DNA from: Narcine bancroftii
Taxonomy: Eukaryota
NCBI RefSeq assembly: GCF_036971445.1
Contig: NC_091473.1
Coordinates: forward strand, 205,030,377-205,094,376
Length of the DNA: 64,000 bases
Reading direction: 5' to 3'
In this document: piece by piece, positions 23,201-33,970 of the stretch
Numbering within the stretch: position 1 is the stretch's first letter
Layout: every line of letters begins with the position of its first letter
Made by a program: the position numbers and the translations under genes
The notes under the pieces: generated by a model
What the model saw: only the letters and a program-made list of their open reading frames with translations
Database searches by the model: none
Told to the model about the DNA's origin: nothing

Positions 23201-23399
23201 CTCTCCTACCCTACGTCTCACCTGCGCCCCTCGCTGCATGGCAGTCCAGCACGGCAGTCAACCTGGCCGAGGTGTTCTGCGGAATGCAGGGCAGCTTGGA
23301 GGTGGAGGTCTGAATTATAATCTCCTTCTTCAGGCGTTCTACAGGATCATCCTGCCCTCCTGGCTGAGAGTCCTGATCCCAGTCCTGGACCCCGGGAAA

Positions 23400-24130
23400 C
23401 TCCTCACTCTCCAGCTTCTGAGGTTTCTGGTTGGAGTCCCGATCTTCTGGATCTGAATCCCATTTTCCCAGATTTGCATCCTGATCTTCCCGGTAAGATT
23501 CCTGAACTTCCTGGTCCCAGTTTTCCAGATGTGAATCCAAACCTTCCCTCTCAGATTCCCTGTTTTCACAATCAGAGTGCCGATCTGGATCCTGACCTTC
23601 CTGGTCCGAGTCCCGGTTTTCCCGATCTGGATCCTGACCTTCCTGGTCCGAGTCCCGGTTTTCCCGATCTGATTTCCGACCTTGGTCCGAGTCCCGGTTT
23701 TCCCGATCTGAGTCCCGACCTTGGTCAGAGTCCTGGTTTTCCTGATTCGAGTCCTGACCTTGGTCAGAGTCCCGGTTTTCCCAATCTGAGTTCCGACCTT
23801 GGTTAGAGTCCTGGTTTTCCCGATCCAAGTCCCGACCTTGGTCAGAGTCCTGGTTTTCCTGATTCAAGTCCTGACCTTGGTCAGAGTCCCGGTTTTCCCA
23901 ATCTGAGTTCCGACCTTGGTTAGAGTCCTGGTTTTCCCGATCCAAGTCCCGACCTTGGTCAGAGTCCTGGTTTTCCTGATTCGAGTCCTGACCTTGGTCA
24001 GAGTCCCGGTTTTCCCAATCTGAGTTCCGACCTTGGTTAGAGTCCTGGTTTTCCCGATCCAAGTCCCGACCTTCTTGGTTAGAATCCTGGTTTTCTGGAC
24101 CCCAGTCCCAACCTTCTGGACCCTTTGCTT
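23400..24130. repeat. Tandem repeat with a ~39 bp unit and ~117 bp higher-order period. Both strands are open for hundreds of codons (minus: ENQDSNQGRNSDWENRDSDQGQDSNQENQDSDQGRDLDR repeated; plus: DLDPDLPGPSPGFPDL repeated).
   Basis: Repeating ggtcagagtcctggttttcctgattcgagtcctgacctt-type units were read directly. ORFs 23211-24134 (minus) and 23474-23806 (plus) are both repeat translations. Confidence 0.8.
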
Positions 24131-24862
24131 CCAACAGGGCTCCCTGTGGAACAGAGGTGATTCAGTTATTAGCAGGAACATTCTCCAGAGTCCAAAGTCC
24201 TGCCACTTGCCCATGGAGGCAGGCCCTCCTCACCCTACAACCCTCATCGTTCATGCTAATCCCCGTTGCCCTACCCTGCCCATCTGAATGCCCCTAAACA
24301 GGGTGATCCCTGTCCATTCCCCCCCCTGCGAATGAGACCCCTACATTAACCTCTCTCTGTGTGAGAGATGGTGGGGAACTCACTCTTCAGACTCCCTCAT
24401 CTCCTCCCCTTGAATATCCACATCCTCCGCTGTTGATTCCCCAACCCACGAGGTGGAGATGGTGGTGGTGGGAGTTTTGGGAGAGAAATATTCTGATGCA
24501 CTCTGCCCTATCCACCCCCACCCCCCAAACCCTGTTGCCTCCTCTCCTGATTTTCTATGGTGTTTCTTCTTCACTCCTGGTGGGTGGGAGGGGTGTAAAA
24601 AACCCCACCTCCTCAGTCCATTTTTCCACCCATAACTAAATCTCCCAAGACCCAGGGTACATGATGGGAAGTTTCCATCACCCCCTCTCTGCTCCCACCC
24701 CCCCTCTCTCCACTGCTCTTCCTATCCCCCCTCTCTGTGCTCCTCCACCACTTCCCCTTTCTCCACGCCCCTCCCTTTCTTCCTCTCTTTGCCCCCCCCC
24801 CTCCTCTCTTTCTATTTTCACAAGCCCCTCGCTCCATTCCCCTTCCCTCCCCTCGCTCCTAC

Positions 24863-24949
24863 CTCCCTCAGTGAAGGGTCTGGTCGATGGACGGTGAACA
24901 TCCAAGAGCTGGTCACTCCCAGAACCGAGCCATCAGGGCGCTCCACGAG
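24863..24949 (-). CDS. Host-gene exon. Translation is LVERPDGSVLGVTSSWMFTVHRPDPSLRE. Acceptor ttttcccgcag, donor gtaggag.
   Basis: Splice sites and an open frame were read on the minus strand. Confidence 0.45.
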
Positions 24950-25540
24950 CTGCGGGAAAAGGAGGTGGTACGATCTAAGGGGGAGAGGGCAGGAGAGTGA
25001 GTGATGTGGGTGAGAAGGGGAGGGGAGAGGGGAAAGGGGAGGAGGGGTTTACACAAAATTGCTGGAGAAACTCAGCAAGTCACACTGTTTTATTTAGTGA
25101 AGATAAATATATATAACGTTTCAGGACTGAAATGATGGATAGGGGTGGGGATAGCTCGGAATGGAGAGGGAAGGGGTGGAGAGCTGGAGGAAGGAAGACG
25201 GAAGAGTCCTGACAGAAACTCCGTGTTACGGCCGTCCGGTTGGAGAGGGCCCAGACGAAATATTAGGTGTTGCTCTTCCCATTTATGGGTGGCGGGGGGG
25301 AGGTGGGGTGAGGCTGGGGGTGTGCAGGGGGAGTAGAGGATTGAAGGGAGGGGGAAGAGGGTAGAGGAGGAGTGAGGGAGCGATGGGCAAAGGGGGAGGG
25401 GAGGAAGTGAGGTGTCACTGTAGGGGGTAGGGGAGCGGAATGGAATTTTGGGCGAGGGAGGGTTTTGGGAAGGGGGGCTGTTGGGGGGAGAGACAGAGCC
25501 CTCCTCTCCCCTCCCCTTGCCACACCCTACACGATTCATT

Positions 25541-25800
25541 TGGCGGTTGGTGCAACATTTTTACAGTGCCTGCGATTAGAACTGGGGTTCGAATCCCGAA
25601 CTGTCTGTAAGGAGTTTGTTCGTTCTCAGTGTGTCTTTGTGAGCTTTTCCCAGGGACTCCGGTTTCCTCCCACTGTTCAAAATGTACTGGGGGCTGTAGG
25701 TCAATGGGGTGTAAATTGGACAACATGGGCTCCTGGGCCGAAATGCCCTGTTATCGCGCTGTATGTCTCAATTTAAAATTTAAATTAAAAAATTAAAATA
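25541..25800 (+). mobile_element. tRNA-headed SINE, copy 1. Has a conserved ...ggtttcctcccac... core and an A-rich tail.
   Basis: tRNA-like head ggcggttggtgcaacattttt..ggttcgaatccc. The core is ctgtctgtaaggagtttgt...ccggtttcctcccac. The tail is aatttaaaatttaaattaaaaaattaaaataa. Two more copies in inverse orientation lie at 41.2 and 52.3-52.6 kb. Confidence 0.7.
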
Positions 25801-26095
25801 ACCCACTCCTCCCTGAACCTTCATCCTCCCAAGAACCCTTCCCCTTCCACCTTCCCCCTTGACTGATCCCCCTCTGCAGTTCCGCACCCCCCCAACTGCC
25901 CTGCCCCTCCCAGTTCCCCCTTCCTCCCCAGCTCCCCCCTCCTCCACTGTCATCTCCCCCATCCAGAACCATCTCCCTCCCATTCCACCTTCGGACCCCT
26001 ATCCCCACCCTCCCAACCCCTCTTCCCCCTCTCATTAGCAGGCTGCCTCACTCCCCATCCCCCCCCCACCCCTCGGCTCCAGCCCTCTAACTCAC

Positions 26096-26229
26096 TGGAG
26101 CAGTAGGGCCTGACATCCAGTCACCAGGTCACAGATGGTGAGACCCCCGCTCAGGTCGGATATCAGCAGGTGGTGTTTGCCCAGGGAGGCCAGGGCTCGG
26201 ACCCCCCATGACAGTTGGAGGCAATGCAT
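26096..26229 (-). CDS. Host-gene exon. Translation is ...ALASLGKHHLLISDLSGGLTICDLVTGCQALLLQ. Donor cag|gtgagt.
   Basis: A perfect GTGAGT donor at 26090-26095 (plus-strand actcac) and an upstream cctgcag acceptor. Confidence 0.45.
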
Positions 26230-26365
26230 GGGGCTTAACCTGCAGGTGTTTTGGGGAGGGGGGTGGTGGGGGGAGAGAGAGAAAGGAGGATTAGAGTGGT
26301 GTCTCCACCACGGGATGGGGGTTTAGGGGACCTAGCTCTGACTGGGGAGGGCAAGGGATACTTAC

Positions 26366-26480
26366 CGTGGTTCCCCGCTCCGGGGATCACAGCTCACCGA
26401 CCAGGTAGAGACTCCTGCATCATAGGATCCAACCGCAAACTCTGTCTCCAACAGGAAAGAGATGCTGGAAATCCTCTTCT
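26366..26480 (-). CDS. WD40 exon. Translation is ...ISSISFLLETEFAVGSYDAGVSTWSVSCDPRSGEPR. Donor gtaagtat.
   Basis: WD-like GSYDAGVSTW. Strong GTAAGT donor at 26360-26365 (plus-strand acttac). Confidence 0.5.
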
Positions 26481-26890
26481 TGTGAGGCTGGAGGTGGGGG
26501 CCAGAGAGGGAAGGTGGAAGAGAAGGGTGAGAGAGGGTGGGGGTGAAAAGGGGGAGAGAGGAGGGAGTGGACAGAAAGGTGTGAGAGAGAGGGAGTGGGG
26601 GGAGAGAAAGGTGGTGTGGGGGTGAGAAAGGGGGAGTGGGGTGAGAGGAGGGGAGTTGGCGGCAGAGGGAGAGAGATGAGATGGGTGGTGAGAAGGGGAG
26701 GAAGGGGGGAGGGAGGGGAGAGAGAAGCGGAAGCGGAGGAATGGTTGAGGGAGCATTGAGAGGTAAATCAGATTACGAGGGTCTTCAAAAGGGTGGATCG
26801 CCAGCACCACCTTCCTCTGGGAACAATAGCAAATACCAGAGGACGTCTGTTTAAGGTGAGGGGAGGAAAGTTTTGGGGAGACATCAGGAA

Positions 26891-26922
<32 letters not shown>

Positions 26923-28681
26923 CAGCAGTGGGTGCCTGGAATGGGCGAGTGAGGGAGTAATGGAGGAGGGAGTACTGAGTGACAGTGCGGGAGCAGGGAT
27001 GCAGTAAGAGAAATTATTTAAACAGCTGAAATGAGATTAAAATCTAAAGGAGCTTTGTGTGTACAGAGCGGGAGTGCTTGGGCAGACTTCTTGTTCAGAA
27101 GAGGTCTGCTGCTTGTGAGTCTCCATTGTGGAATGACAACTTTTCGCCTAATTTTCTCGTTTAAAAATTTAACAGCAGTGACTCCACTGCCTGCTCATCA
27201 CCAATTAGCTTGGCAGTGGGTTGTTGATGACTTTTCGATGACGTCTCGAAGGCCTTGGAAGCTTGGCCTCGCCTTTACAGAGTTTGTGAATTGCCAGGGA
27301 GCCAGTTAGCAAAGGATTTCCATTCAACGCTCTGCTATCTCATCATCCGGACGAAGGACTCACATCTCTGACTCTCATATCATTGTGGGGATTATGGGAT
27401 GGTGTGCTTCCAGGAGGGCTGTTACCACAGACTTGCCCTCTCCTGGTGAACAGTGGTCTTGTTCGTTTATGTAAATACACCGACCTGTCTACCAAAAGCC
27501 CTCGGCCAGGAATTCTTTTGCTTTACTGGAAGACAAGAATGCAGTCATGATACTTGTCCCCAACTATCAAGGTTGGAAAATGCACTAAACAGGATGGCAC
27601 CCTGGCCATTACAGCGAGTGGAAATGGAGGGGAGATCCGTGAAATGCCTACAAAATGCGAAGGCAGTGGGTCGAGTCACAAGTTGAGTTGATCCGTGGGC
27701 TCACCCACTGTCTGTCGCTTCACCGGCTTGGTTGAGACCGTATTTCACGGCGAGACGGAGGGTGCAAGGTTGCAGCCCCCGCTCGCCCACTGGAAGGGGC
27801 TGCTCCTCAAGTTTTGGCTGCACTTCAGCCCCATGCCCCTGAATTTTGGGCCCGCCTGCATGGAGGAGGGAGGGCTGGTCGAGGGGTGGTCCTCGCCGGT
27901 CTGGTATCGGGCCTGGCCAAGATCCAGACAGGAGGAAGTCGAGGGGTCAGCTCGGGCCCCACTTCCAAGGACAACCTCCGCGCCCGAGTATCCCTGGAGA
28001 AGGAGCTCACGGGCTCAGTGGAGGGTTCCAGGAATGGTTGCCCCCCACAAAGGGTTTGAGGGTATTGATGAAGATGATCATATTTCAATTTGTAATGTGT
28101 TTTCAGTTACAGTATGAATTGTGCACTAATGCAGTACTTTTGGATTAGAATAAAGGGAATTGATTTACCGCCAAAAGGCAAAATAACAGGGTCGGCACTA
28201 GAAGGAATGTTAGAGGGGGGTGTTAGCATGTTAGAGGGGGCGCAGCGGAACGGTCACAAACTCGCTCAGCGAGGGGGGGTAGGGGGTTCTATCAGACGCC
28301 GGGACTTCCTGTCGTTAGTGATGCAGCCGGGGGCGGGTGGAGAGTCGCTAGCATCCATCAACTTGGACGCTAGTGACGCGGCAGGGGCTGGGAGCAATTC
28401 TGATGGAGAGCGATGTCTGCGATCTTATGGGGCAGGGGGGAAGCGCCTCACTTTGGGGTGGGGGGGCAATGCCTATGGATGCCTTGGTGCCGACCCTGCA
28501 AAATAAAAAGGAGCAGTGAGGGAGGGAAGGAGTGAGGGTGGGGATGAGATGGGGGAGAACAGGGTGGAGAGTGGGGGGGGGAACAGGAGGAAGTGTGAGA
28601 GAACAGATAAGCGGGGAGGGGGGAGAACAAAGTGGGGAATGGTTGGGGGAGAACGGCAGAGGGTGGGGGAAAGACTCCTAC

Positions 28682-28800
28682 CTGGATCTTGACCGAGACT
28701 ATCTCAGAATCCCACAGGATGAGCTCTCCAGACTGGCTGCCAGACACCAGGAGATTCCCGGAGGGGGAGAAGCAGAGGGCAGTGACAGTGGATTGGTGGT
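28682..28800 (-). CDS. WD40 exon. Translation is ...TVTALCFSPSGNLLVSGSQSGELILWDSEIVSVKIQ. Donor gtaggag.
   Basis: WD signature LVSGSQSGELILWD. The donor was read at 28673-28681. Confidence 0.5.
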
Positions 28801-29460
28801 GAGGGGGGCTCCAGAGCCCTTGTGGCATTGAAAAGGGGAGGGGAAGAAGAGAGGGGTATCGAGGGAGAGAGGTGGTGGGGAGAGAAGGGGAGGGAAAGGG
28901 TGGGAAAGAGGGGCAGAGAGAGGGAGGTGAGAGTGAAGGGGAGATATTGGATAGAACAGAATCAAATCAATTCCCTTCACAGTGGGACTATTTGACACAA
29001 CATCTCCTTGCCAGCCCAGAATGGACTGGCGCTGTCCCCATGGATCTGCTTTGTAATTAAGAAGGGGTCTCTCCTCCCCCCACCTTCATCGTGGACAACC
29101 ATAGCACTGAAATAATTTACCCCCATCACCCCCCCCCCCCCACAACAAACCTTCTACCAATTACCCAACTTCAGTTTTCCGGGTATAACACCCTCTCTGG
29201 GCAGGAACACCACATCCTCCCTGTATAATGCCCTTTCTGGGCAGGAACACCACTCCCTCACTGTATAACACACTCTCTGGCCAGGAACTCTGCTCCCTCC
29301 TGCTATAACACACTCTCCGGGCTGTAACGTTGCTCCTTATCGGTATGATGACCTCTCTGGGCAGGAATGTTACCTCCCCAGAAAACTACCCCTCTAGGCA
29401 GGAACACCACACCATCCCAGTATCACACCTTCTCTGTCCTGGGAAGCATCTGTGCCATAC

Positions 29461-29595
29461 CTGGTCTCTGTGGGATGTCCCACAAACGGAGAGTGCGGTC
29501 CTCAGCCACGGTCAGGAAAAAGGGCAGGCCATCATGTGTGGCAGCTCCACGGACAGACGCCCCGTGATCTCTCAGTGTCACCACCTCCTCAGGCT
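29461..29595 (-). CDS. WD40 exon. Translation is QPEEVVTLRDHGASVRGAATHDGLPFFLTVAEDRTLRLWDIPQRP. Acceptor ccttccag, donor gtatgg.
   Basis: WD signature DRTLRLWD. Both splice sites were read directly. Confidence 0.55.
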
Positions 29596-29884
29596 GGAAG
29601 GGGGAAGGGGAACCAAGACACAGGTGAGAGTAATCTCAACACAGTGTCCCACCAAGGGGGTTGAGGGGGGAGAAGGTGCAAGAGGAGAGAGTACAAGATA
29701 AAGAGGAGAGAGTGAAGAGAGATTGAGGAAGGGGGGAGAGAGATGGGAGGGAGAAGAGGGATGGGAAGTGAATGGGGAGGGGAAGGAAGGAGAGGGGGAG
29801 TGGGATGGGAGAGAAAGGGGAGAGGGAGGGGAAAAGAAGATGAACAGGAAAAAGGGATGTGAAGAGAGTGGGGGGGGGGGTGTT

Positions 29885-29947
29885 TGAGTGACCAACCAGC
29901 AGTGGGTCCCAGCTCCGAACAGTCCCATCATCTGCTGCCGTTAACAC
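29885..29947 (-). CDS. Short WD40 exon candidate. Translation is (V)LTAADDGTVRSWDPLLV. Acceptor tctccag; the 3' boundary is uncertain.
   Basis: Motif DDGTVRSWD. Only the acceptor is convincing. Confidence 0.35.
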
Positions 29948-30289
29948 CTGGAGACACCCCTCACTCTTGGTTGCTGCTGTGATGGCAAGAGGGGTGGGTC
30001 AGAGGCTTCAGACAGGAACAACCCTCGCAAAAAGCACCTGCTGCCCCACTCCTGCTTGTCCCACCCCCATCCATCATACCCTCTCCTCACTCTCACCATC
30101 ACATCCCATCCTCACACCTACCTCCTCTTCACCACACTCAACCTCCATACACATCCACCCTCGCCTACCTGCACACTCGGCCCCTAACCCACACTCTACT
30201 CCCCTCAGCAAGCCACTGCTCCCACAACCATGCTGCCACCTCTTCCCACAACCAGCTTCCCCTCTAGGGAAGAGGGATATCTGGGATTA

Positions 30290-30960
30290 AATCAGGGCTG
30301 TGTGGGTTAGTGGGGCAGGGGGATTAGTGTGGGACTGATACATGGCTGTGGGGGAGAGTGGAGCAGGGGGATTAGTGTGGGGTTGATACAGGGCTGTGGT
30401 GAGGGAGTGGGGCAGGGGATTAGTGTGGGGTTGATACAGGGCTGTGGTGAGGGAGTGGGGCAGGGGATTAGTGCGGGGTTGATACAGGGCTGTGGGGGAG
30501 AGTGGAGCAGGGGGATTAGTGTGGGGTTGATACAGGGCTGTGGTGGGGGAGTGGGGCAGTGGGATTAGTGTGGGACATACAGGGCTGTGGGGAGAGAGTG
30601 GGGCAGGGGGATTAGTGTGGGGTTGATTCAGGGCTGTGGTGGGGGAGTGGGGCAGTGGGATTAATGTGGGGTGGATACAAGGCTGTGGGGAGAGAGTGGG
30701 GCAGGGGGATTAGTGTGGGGTTGATACAGGGCTGTGGGGAGAGAGTGGGGCAGTGGGATTAGGGTGGGACATACAGGGCTGTGCGGAGAAAGTGGGGCAG
30801 GGGGATTAGTATGGGGTTGATACTGGGCTGTGGGGAGAGAGTGGGACAGGGGGATTAGTATTGGGTGGATACAGGGCTGTGGGGAGAGAGTGGGGCAGGG
30901 GGATTAGTGTGGGGTTGATACAGGGCTGTGGTGGGGGAGTGGGATTAGTGTGGGGTGGAT
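30290..30960. repeat. G-rich minisatellite with a ~58-60 bp unit (gggctgtgg.gagagtggggcagggggattagtgtggggttgatacag), about 11 units.
   Basis: The units were read directly. The ORF 30329-30568 (GLIQGCGEGVGQGISV repeated) is a repeat translation. Confidence 0.85.
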
Positions 30961-31016
30961 ACAGGGCTGTGGAAGGTTGCGCTTGGTTGGCACAGGGTGA
31001 GGCTCACCTCCCTCAC

Positions 31017-31146
31017 CGTTAGTATGATGATAGGCAGTCACGTGGTTGATGCCACAGGCGTGGGCAGGAATGGAGGTCACAGTCACACCCGAATCCTTCC
31101 ACACCAGGAGGTCCCCATCACCTGTCGCTGATATCACAAACCCTGC
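31017..31146 (-). CDS. WD40 exon. Translation is (A)GFVISATGDGDLLVWKDSGVTVTSIPAHACGINHVTAYHHTN. Acceptor cccccag, donor gtgaggg.
   Basis: WD signature GDGDLLVW. Splice sites were read directly. Confidence 0.55.
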
Positions 31147-31470
31147 CTGGGGGAGAGGGAGGAATGGGGTGAACAGCAGTGTCCAGAGGGATCACACAGT
31201 GCACACACCCCATGCCACTGACTGTACCCCCACTGACATTAAACCCCCCCTCCCCAGCGAGCTGTGATGTTACCTCCTCCTTCAGTGAACCCTCTCCACC
31301 AGTCCCCTGTGTCACTGACTGTACCCCATCTGATGTTACCCCCCCCCCCACCTCCAGTGACCCCTCTCCCCCAGTGCCCCGTGTAACTGACTATACCCCC
31401 ATCGACATTACCCAGCTCCCTCACATCCTTCTTCAGGGACCCAATTCTCCCAGCTCCCAGAAACACTCAC

Positions 31471-31578
31471 CATGATGGAAATCCCACTGAGTGATGAGGT
31501 GTGTCCTTTGAATTCGCGGATACATTCCATGGATTCTGGATCCCATAAACGAACCAACCCGTCATTTGAGCAGGAAGC
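31471..31578 (-). CDS. WD40 exon. Translation is ASCSNDGLVRLWDPESMECIREFKGHTSSLSGISIM. Acceptor aatag, donor gtgagtg.
   Basis: WD signatures SNDGLVRLWD and GHTSS. GTGAGT donor. Confidence 0.6.
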
Positions 31579-31589
31579 CTATTGGTGGG

Positions 31590-31830
31590 GGATTCAACAT
31601 GCCCGCACAAAATTCTTATTGGCAGGGATAGGGTCAGGCACAGAGTGACCATCCAATCACACACTCCTGGGGACAGACACAGAGTGATACTCCCTCTGCA
31701 CCATCCCTTCACTCATTCCAGGGGACAGACACAGAGTGAAGCTCCCTCTGCTCTGTCCGGTCACACACTCCGAGGTACAGACACAGAGTGAAGTTCCCTC
31801 CGCAACGTCCTGTCATACAGTCCCAGGACT
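31590..31830. repeat. Short block (~4 units) of the 60-bp satellite family inside an intron.
   Basis: Contains ggggacagacacagagtgaagctccctctgc...gtcacacactcc units. Confidence 0.6.
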
Positions 31831-32861
31831 GGGGTCAGACAGGTTGAGGGGGCTAAGTCAGGGAGGAGGTTTTGGGAAGAGAGATGTCAGGGTGTCAGGG
31901 AGATGGGCATGTGTTGGTGGGACTGGTTACAGGAGAGATGGGATGGGGGGCGTTCTGGGAACATGGAACAGATATTGGAGTCAGGAAGGGGATCCTGGGG
32001 CAACGGGAGTGGTGGGGTATTGAGAGGGACTTCTGAGGTGGAAGTGTGGGACGTTGGAGAGGGGAAGATGTTGTGGGATCAGAGGGGATGCTGAGTGGGG
32101 ACATGGTGATGTGTGAAGGGAGTAATGGACAGGATATGTAATTGGTGTGGTGGGAGGAGCTGCATGTCAGGGTTGTTGTGTTCTGGGATGAAGAGGGGGT
32201 TGGTTTGGGGATGGGAAGGGATGTTCTGGGATGTTGGGAGATGGGGCAGATGGTGAGAAGGGGCATGACATGAGGGGAGTGGGGATGACATGGGGAGTGG
32301 CCATGTTGGGACGTAGGGTGTTTGGGGGTTCTGGGGAGTGGGATTGGAGATGTTGTGGGAGGGAGTGTTTAGGGAAGGGGTGGGGAGTCGTTGGGGTGGA
32401 GCAGGTGGGAAGGGGAATAAGTGGTGGGAGATGGGAAAGGGCGTCGGGGAGATGATGTCAGGGAGAAGGCGTGGGGGAGAGGGGGTCGGGGAGGGCGTCA
32501 GGGGGAGGGCATCGGGGGGAGGTTGACAGGGAGTGGGTGTCAGGGAGTGGGTGCTGGGGAGAGGGTGTCGGGGAGAGGATGGGACTTTGGTGATGTGGTG
32601 CAGGTGTCGGGGAGAGAGTGTCAGGGAGAAGGCATTGGGGGACAGGGCGTCGAGGGGGAGGGTGTCGGGAAAGGGGTTGGGGACAGGCTGTCAGGGAGTG
32701 GGTGTTGGGGGAGAGGGTGTTGGGGAAGAGGATGTTGGGGAAGGGACGTTGGGTATGTGGTGTGGGTGTTGGGTGAGAGGGTGTTGAGGAAGAGGGTGTC
32801 GGGGAGGGGTATGATTGGGGTCTGGAGCACGTCTCCATGCAGACAACATCCCCATTACTCA

Positions 32862-32970
32862 CCAGGTAGTGCAGACCCCAGCAGCAGCCGGTCACCCAGT
32901 CCCGATGAGCTGACCCACGGCATCGAGAGGTGGCTGGTGCAGAGTTGCCTAGGTCCCAGACCAGGAGGCT
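32862..32970 (-). CDS. WD40 exon. Translation is SLLVWDLGNSAPATSRCRGSAHRDWVTGCCWGLHYL. Acceptor cccgcag, donor gtgagtaa.
   Basis: LLVWDL motif. Strong splice sites. Confidence 0.55.
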
Positions 32971-33134
32971 CTGCGGGATCAGAAGGGTCGGTCGAAAGTT
33001 CCAGGATCTCTCCCTCTCCGCATTCCGCTTCTTCTCCCCTGCTCCGCCACTCCTTCCCCATGGCAAACTTGGACCCCAGCACTGGAAGTCACGGGATAGG
33101 GGAGGGCATGGGGCCACTGACCTGAAGTTGGGGG

Positions 33135-33600
33135 GAGGTCCCAGAGGTGACGCAGGAGTTTGCTATGGGTCAAAGGTGACTCAGGGGTTCGGAGGTCAAA
33201 TGTGACCCAGCAGTTTGCCATGGGTTAAAAATGACCCAGAGGTATGAAGGTCAAAGGTGACTCAACCATTCATTGTAAGTCAAAGGTGACCCAGGGGTTT
33301 GGCCTGGGCCAAAGGTGACCAATTTCCCTGAGTGTGGATCTCTTTGTCCGTCTTTGCAGATTTGACCTTGGGAAGGAGGGAAGGTGAAAGGTCACAGGTC
33401 ACCTGACTGAAACCTGACGTAGAGCGCTGGTGCATGGATTAGACGCTGAGGGTGACAGATCGTTATGTCAGGCTACGGAACTCGGCGCCTCATGGTCAGA
33501 GAAAGTGAAAAGTCAGGGCACAGCTCAGACATCTGGTCTCTGAGGCAATGACAGGAGTCACAGGGTTGGATTTGACCACCTCGAGAGGAGGAAGGTCAAA
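33135..33600. repeat. Cluster of tandem ~35-bp units built on GGTCAAAGGTGACC. These match a DR1-type nuclear-receptor half-site direct repeat, AGGTCA-A-AGGTGA. Further AGGTCA half-sites follow to 33600.
   Basis: gtcaaaggtgactcagg, aggtcaaatgtgaccc, aggtcaaaggtgactcaacc, gtcaaaggtgacccagg, gccaaaggtgacc, aggtcacaggtcacc and aggtcaaagggag were read directly. Confidence 0.6.
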
Positions 33601-33852
33601 GGGAGCACTGTCCTCGCGCAGAGTTGGGGAGGGGTCGAGGGGACAGGTTCCTGCAAGGGGTTGGGGAGCATGAGGTATTGGGGGGGGAGGAAGGGAGGGC
33701 TCCGGGTCACAGAATGAGTGGTCATTGGCGCCCGAGTGACAGATCAGGGCCGTGGGTAGGGCTAAAGGCCCGAGGGTGGTGTGGGGAGAGGCGGAAGGTC
33801 AGGTGTGTGCGTGCCAGGTGAAGGGACAGGAAGCACGGACCGACCTCCTACC

Positions 33853-33970
33853 TTGTCCTTGCTGCCAGACACCAGTTGTCTTCCCTCTGGGCTGAAGGAG
33901 CAGCAAGTGACAGAGTCCGAGTGACCCCTCAGTACGTGGGTTGGGACCAACTCCCCACCAGCCCCAGGTG
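33853..33970 (-). CDS. WD40 exon. Translation is PGAGGELVPTHVLRGHSDSVTCCSFSPEGRQLVSGSKDK. Acceptor ttgacag, donor gtaggagg.
   Basis: The classic WD string LRGHSDSVTCCSFSPEGRQLVSGSKDK. Confidence 0.6.
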
